Both the position numbers and the translations under genes were made by a program. A DNA stretch of 64,000 bases from Blastocladiella emersonii ATCC 22665 (taxonomy: Eukaryota > Fungi > Blastocladiomycota). The stretch spans positions 930,001-994,000 of the forward strand of contig JANHCV010000003.1 in NCBI GenBank assembly GCA_025594325.1, in the 5' to 3' direction. Within the stretch, counting starts at the first letter, position 1. Each line of letters opens with the position of its first letter. A model generated the notes under the pieces. That model was not told where the DNA came from. It was given only the letters and a program-made list of their open reading frames with translations, and did no database searches. Shown one piece after another: positions 59,797 to 64,000 of this stretch.

Positions 59797-60843
59797 ATGT
59801 CTTCCCAGCTTGCCCTCGCTCCCTCAACCTCGACCTCGACCTCGTCGTCGCCCAATATTGCCGTGTCCTCGGTCCAGCTGTCGTCGTTCCGCGTCGTGGT
59901 CGCTCCCACGACCGGTACCAGCCGCAACGCGCCCGAGAACACCAAGCACAGCGACAACGACGAGTGCGTCGTCGACTCGACGCCGACCTCCTCGGTCGGC
60001 ACTCTCAAGTCGCAGTTCGAGCAGTTTGCGTCTCCGCTCGGCTCGCCCGCGACTCGTTCGCCCTGCTCGCGGTCTTCGGACAAGCTTCACCTCGTCCATC
60101 ACGACGGCGTTCAGCAGCGCGGCGACGGTACCATCAAGTCGGTCGCCGCGTTTGGTGGTGTAGCGACAACGGCGGAGCTCGAGGCGGCGCTCGCTACGGT
60201 GCATGTATCGGCCCTGCGCGCCACCTTCGAGCCCGCCCCCGTCGCTATCGCTGTTGCTACTACGGCCGAGTCCAAGTCGGCCGCGTCGGTTGCCTCGGCT
60301 TTCAAGGTCATCGAGAGCAACGACCAGGCCGCCGCGATCCAGGTTCCCGCGTCGGGTACCGTCTCCGAGGTTCCCGTGTCCGCCAACACCACCACCACCA
60401 TTCCGACCGAGAAGAAGCGCAGCGCCGCTGGCAAAGTGCTGCGCTGGGTCCGCCGCCATGCCGGCCACCGTGGCAGTGCGTCGCCAACCGCGGCGAACCC
60501 CGAGGTCAAGGTGGAGGTGGCAGCGGCGGTCGTTCAGCTCCCCGAGTCGGCCAACAACAACGGTCCAAACCTCGCTCCTGTGTCAGAGGAGTTTGGTTCG
60601 GACCAGACGCTGGCCAACAACAGCTTTGACGAGTCTGCGGCTCCCTCGCGGTGGTCGTCGTTCAAGACTCGCATCGGCAGCCTCCTGGACGGTGCATCCA
60701 GTACCGTCAAGGTGTCTTCCGTGTCGTCGTACGAGTCCAAGTCCAAGTCGCGCCCGATCAAGCACGGCGTCAAGGTCCTCCCGAGCGCCGTCTCCTCGGT
60801 GGCGCCCGTCGTCGTGCTGCGGTCCGCGGCCATCGTTTCTTGA
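59797..60843 (+). CDS. Ser/Thr/Ala-rich hypothetical protein, copy 2
   Basis: Mirror of 43006..44052. Confidence 0.65.
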   Translation: MSSQLALAPSTSTSTSSSPNIAVSSVQLSSFRVVVAPTTGTSRNAPENTKHSDNDECVVDSTPTSSVGTLKSQFEQFASPLGSPATRSPCSRSSDKLHLVHHDGVQQRGDGTIKSVAAFGGVATTAELEAALATVHVSALRATFEPAPVAIAVATTAESKSAASVASAFKVIESNDQAAAIQVPASGTVSEVPVSANTTTTIPTEKKRSAAGKVLRWVRRHAGHRGSASPTAANPEVKVEVAAAVVQLPESANNNGPNLAPVSEEFGSDQTLANNSFDESAAPSRWSSFKTRIGSLLDGASSTVKVSSVSSYESKSKSRPIKHGVKVLPSAVSSVAPVVVLRSAAIVS

Positions 60844-61394
60844 GCTCTTACTTTGTTTTCAGTTCGTGATACCTACCATTGTAACCAAAATCTCAACCAC
60901 GCGTGTAATTTGATCTCCTTCTGTGTTCATACCTTCCTCCTTTGCGACGCGCGATAGCCAAGGGAAAGGCATACAGCGGTCGTTCACGCGTCGTTCAGTC
61001 AGTTGACGGCTGCGCCACCCTCCGAGTCTAAGCCACCGCCACTCGGCCGCGTCCGCCGCACCCGCCTTGTTCCAGATCAACGAATGACTCGCACGGCGCG
61101 AGGGAACTTCTCGTTCCCGCCCGTGCACGTCGAGCGCGTCGCGCGCGGCCACGACACCTTGACATTCAGTCGAGACGGGCGAGCGGTTTTTGGTTCAGAA
61201 CAAACACGTTTTTCGATTCTCACACGACGACGGCGGCGTGACAAACTCCTCGCCCTCAACTCTGGGCGCGCGCGTACGGGATGGGAGGGAGGTAGAATGA
61301 TATGGTACGGGGTGATGGGTGAGGAAACGAGCGGCCCTGCGACACGACACGACACGGCGACCAACGACGACCGACGACGACCGACGCGCCGCAC

Positions 61395-62078
61395 TTAGAC
61401 GCGGCCGGCGATGGGCACGGGCAGGCCCTCGCGGCCAACGACCACGGCCTCGGCCTTCTCCATGAGGTCGGCCGTCGTGGCGAGCGCGTTCTTGGCGAGA
61501 CCGACGCTGCCCCCGACGATGCCCGAGTCGCCCGTGACCGACTGCGCCGTGCTGAGCGTGATGGACGAGGCGCGCAGGCCGTAGAAGGCGGCCGTGAACA
61601 GGCCGACGGCGATCAGGGCGCCCCAGAACGAGAAGAACAGGATCGGCCCGAGGAACAGCATGCCGAACCCGAGGATCCCGCCCTCGACCACGAGCACGCC
61701 GACCGTCGCGATCGTCTCGGCGCGAACGGCAGGCGGCTTGTGTTGAACCAACTTGATCGGATAGCAAGCGAGAGCGTGCAGGAGAGCCTCCTTCATGTGT
61801 GGCAACCGAAGCGAGTCGAGCGGCCCTGACTCAAGGAGCTGGTCGCCAAGTATCGGTGCGAACGCGAACATCCAATCGAGCATGCGCGAGACGCTGGTGA
61901 CCGCCACGACCCCCCTCGGGAAGTGTTCACCGAGGTAGCGGGAGAGTTCGATTTCCTCCGAAAGCATGTGGAACAACAGCTGCACGTCGATCGCCAGTTC
62001 AAGGTCGCTGATCGCCTCTAGGACGCCAGGGTTCCAAGCGAGGAGTGGGAGAACCGCGAGATAGTCAAGCAAGGACAT
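61395..62078 (-). CDS. Chimeric ORF: ~120 codons of an unrelated gene fused in frame to the promethin-like C-terminal ~106 aa
   Basis: ...HKPPAVRAE|TIATVGVLVVEGG... reads without a stop across the arm boundary at 61716/61717. Expression is unknown. Confidence 0.45.
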   Translation of the reverse strand: MSLLDYLAVLPLLAWNPGVLEAISDLELAIDVQLLFHMLSEEIELSRYLGEHFPRGVVAVTSVSRMLDWMFAFAPILGDQLLESGPLDSLRLPHMKEALLHALACYPIKLVQHKPPAVRAETIATVGVLVVEGGILGFGMLFLGPILFFSFWGALIAVGLFTAAFYGLRASSITLSTAQSVTGDSGIVGGSVGLAKNALATTADLMEKAEAVVVGREGLPVPIAGRV

Positions 62079-62707
62079 TGGTCGGACAGCTTGACAAGCG
62101 GGCTCGCCCAGTACCACGAGTGAGCGCCGCCAGAATACCGGGACAGATACAGCGCGTGGGAGACCGAGTGCCAGCATGCACGCTTCACGTCAAGCAACTC
62201 GGGCGCTCGTTCGAACGTGTCTTCGAGCAGCTTGCGGGCCGCCGTCGCGTCTCCGCTCGCGATGACGGCAAGAATCAGCTGGAGCTGCGAGAAGCCGGGT
62301 GATTTGAAACACGACGTGAGCTGCGGTGCGAGGTGCGGGCGGTGGCCAACCAGCTTGTTCTTGCGCTCGGGAGGATCGATGAGCGCAGTGCAGCGCTTCG
62401 GATCCGATTTCGCAGCTTCTCGAGCGGGCTGTAAGAGCTGAAGAAAGGTGTCCGACGTTACATAGAAGAGGCCGCGGCTGCGATAGCCCGGTTTGCCTGG
62501 TGCGACGCACTGCAAGTAGCCGATGAGGTCGGTCAGAGGAAGCTTTCCCGACGCGATGTCTACCTTGTCAAGGACGTGGTCCCGCGAGCTGCACCACGGC
62601 GGCGAGCAGCTCGAACGGGACGTCACCCAGTCGAAAGTCGCCGTTACCGACTCCGCTGTCGGGAGCCTTGCCCGGATCGGCCGCTGGGACATAGTGCGCA
62701 GAGTCAT
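62018..62707 (-). pseudogene. Unknown lower-GC ORF, probably the 5' part of the gene interrupted by the right arm
   Basis: 229-aa ORF, protein-like up to ~62170, where the protein-like frame switches to ORF 61395..62177. Confidence 0.35.
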
Positions 62708-62859
62708 GTTTCATTGAAGTTGACGCATGCTCCATGGTGACGAGGTGGCAGGAAGCGCTTACGGCGACGAAAGCGCACTTAAGGAAACTCCACGCCACCG
62801 CGCCAACGCGATGATTTCTTCACGTGTTGACCGTATACATGTATTTCGACCACCCCATC

Positions 62860-64000
62860 TCAAAACTGGCCTGCCTCGGCCAACGTGCCATCAAGCACCG
62901 CGACCTGGTCCATGTCGAGCCGGCGAACCCGGCCACGGACCTCGTCGGCGACCGCGTCCGGGATCGCGGCCACGAGCGCCGCGACCACCGCGTCGGTGGG
63001 CGGCGTGACGTGCGCCTCGACCACTAACGCCTTTCGCAGGACAGCAAGCGCCATCCACGCCGCGTCGCCGGTGCGCGGTGCCGCGACGAGCGCCTGGATC
63101 GCGTCACGGGCCGCTGGCCGTAGATCCTCGCCGTCCGCCTGCCCCGGCGCAAGGAACACGGGCGCGAGCGCCATGACGGCCTGGTGCGCGAGCCGCGGCT
63201 GGATCGGGGTCCCGGCCGTCGACACGCGGGACTCGTCGGGCCGCGTCGCTGCCGCGATGATGGAGCACAGGGCGCGGGCAGCGCGGAGCGACGACTTGCC
63301 GGTCCCCGCCGCGATAGCGACGACCTCGCTGCCGTGGTGCTGGACCACGGTATCCGCGCCGTAGTCGGGCGACTGGCGCGCGGCGGCCGCGAGAAAGTCG
63401 AGCGTCGCGTCGACTATGTACGCGTGCGCTGCAGCGCCAGCGGAAGTCGACGGCGCGAGCGAGACGACTTGCAGGATGCGGTAGATTTCGGGGTTGGTGT
63501 ACCGGTCGTACCCGGGCAGCTTGTCGAGCGTCGCGGTGGCGAGACGGAGCAGCTCGACGCGGACGCGCGGCGGCGCCGCCGGGACCAGGTTGCGCGCGTG
63601 GTGCAGGATGTGCAGCAGGACCTGCGCGGCGTGCGGGAGCGAGGACTTGCCGTCGGCGTCGAGGTCCGCGCCCTCGTTCGGGTCCGTCTCCATGGCCTGC
63701 GCGTCGGTCCCGTCGGAGAACGCGTCCGACGGCGACGTCGCCTTGGCGAGGTTCTCGGCGTCCAGGGCCGAGTTGACGAGCACGTCGCCGTACGTCCGCT
63801 TGAGCCACGGCGACGCCGCAGTGAACCGCGCGGGGAGCACCGGTTTCGACTCCCCGACCGCTGCCCGTGGCGGCTTGGCGAGCGAGGGACCGAGCGGCAC
63901 CATCGCCGTGTGCACGAGCTCGAGGATAACCTCGGTAAACTCCTTCCACAGCTCGGGCTGCGCGAGGTGCCGGCTGAGCGCGGCGAGGATCTCGACGACC
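62860..64000 (-). CDS. C-terminal part of an alpha-helical (ARM/HEAT-like) hypothetical protein; start lies outside the window
   Basis: Frame open from the window end (VVEILAALSRHLAQPELWKEF...) to the stop at 62860; amphipathic Leu/Ala-rich helices. Confidence 0.65.
   Translation of the reverse strand, partial: VVEILAALSRHLAQPELWKEFTEVILELVHTAMVPLGPSLAKPPRAAVGESKPVLPARFTAASPWLKRTYGDVLVNSALDAENLAKATSPSDAFSDGTDAQAMETDPNEGADLDADGKSSLPHAAQVLLHILHHARNLVPAAPPRVRVELLRLATATLDKLPGYDRYTNPEIYRILQVVSLAPSTSAGAAAHAYIVDATLDFLAAAARQSPDYGADTVVQHHGSEVVAIAAGTGKSSLRAARALCSIIAAATRPDESRVSTAGTPIQPRLAHQAVMALAPVFLAPGQADGEDLRPAARDAIQALVAAPRTGDAAWMALAVLRKALVVEAHVTPPTDAVVAALVAAIPDAVADEVRGRVRRLDMDQVAVLDGTLAEAGQF

Larger units (their letters stand above)
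52705..61716. repeat. Right arm (9,012 bp) of a giant inverted repeat
   Basis: Reverse complement of 42133..51144; the only difference visible through the ORF translations is at 46138/57711. Confidence 0.97.

Noticed and set aside
42133-61716. Arms as terminal inverted repeats of a giant transposon or Polinton
   Set aside because: The arms contain ordinary host genes and cut one mid-exon; no TSD seen, and the spacer has no recognisable transposase, integrase or polymerase.
1-64000. tRNA, rRNA or telomeric repeats
   Set aside because: None recognised by eye; tRNAscan-SE or Infernal would be needed to exclude small ncRNAs.

Overview
GC-rich eukaryotic DNA. The short introns (GTACG/GTGCG donor, CTAAC/CTGAC branch, YAG acceptor) and gene content point to a fungus, possibly an early-diverging or zoosporic lineage; that placement is inference. 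Bases 1-27.5 kb are gene-dense: triose-phosphate-transporter-family protein, TEN1-like OB fold, SH3 membrane protein, AreA-like GATA factor, Rho1, Nse1, pantothenate kinase, Bur1/CDK9-like kinase, a secreted repeat protein, a GPI-type VWD protein and an ADAM protease. An exact 557-bp duplicate of the kinase 5' exons also lies here. Bases 28-35 kb are accessory: a 1.9-kb TIR-bounded element carrying a spliced gene fragment, a decayed non-LTR RNase H/zinc-finger remnant, a 15-bp minisatellite and lower-GC frameshifted ORFs. A Ser/Thr-rich membrane protein, RNase Z and a promethin-like gene follow. The dominant structure is a 19.6-kb near-perfect palindrome: 9,012-bp arms at 42133-51144 and 52705-61716 around a 1,560-bp spacer. 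It duplicates a Q/S/G pseudo-repeat, amyloid-like gene and a decayed array of seven paralogous intron/exon units. It also appears to have split a resident ORF and created an in-frame chimera with the promethin-like C-terminus. All splice sites and alignments were read by eye; no database searches were run.
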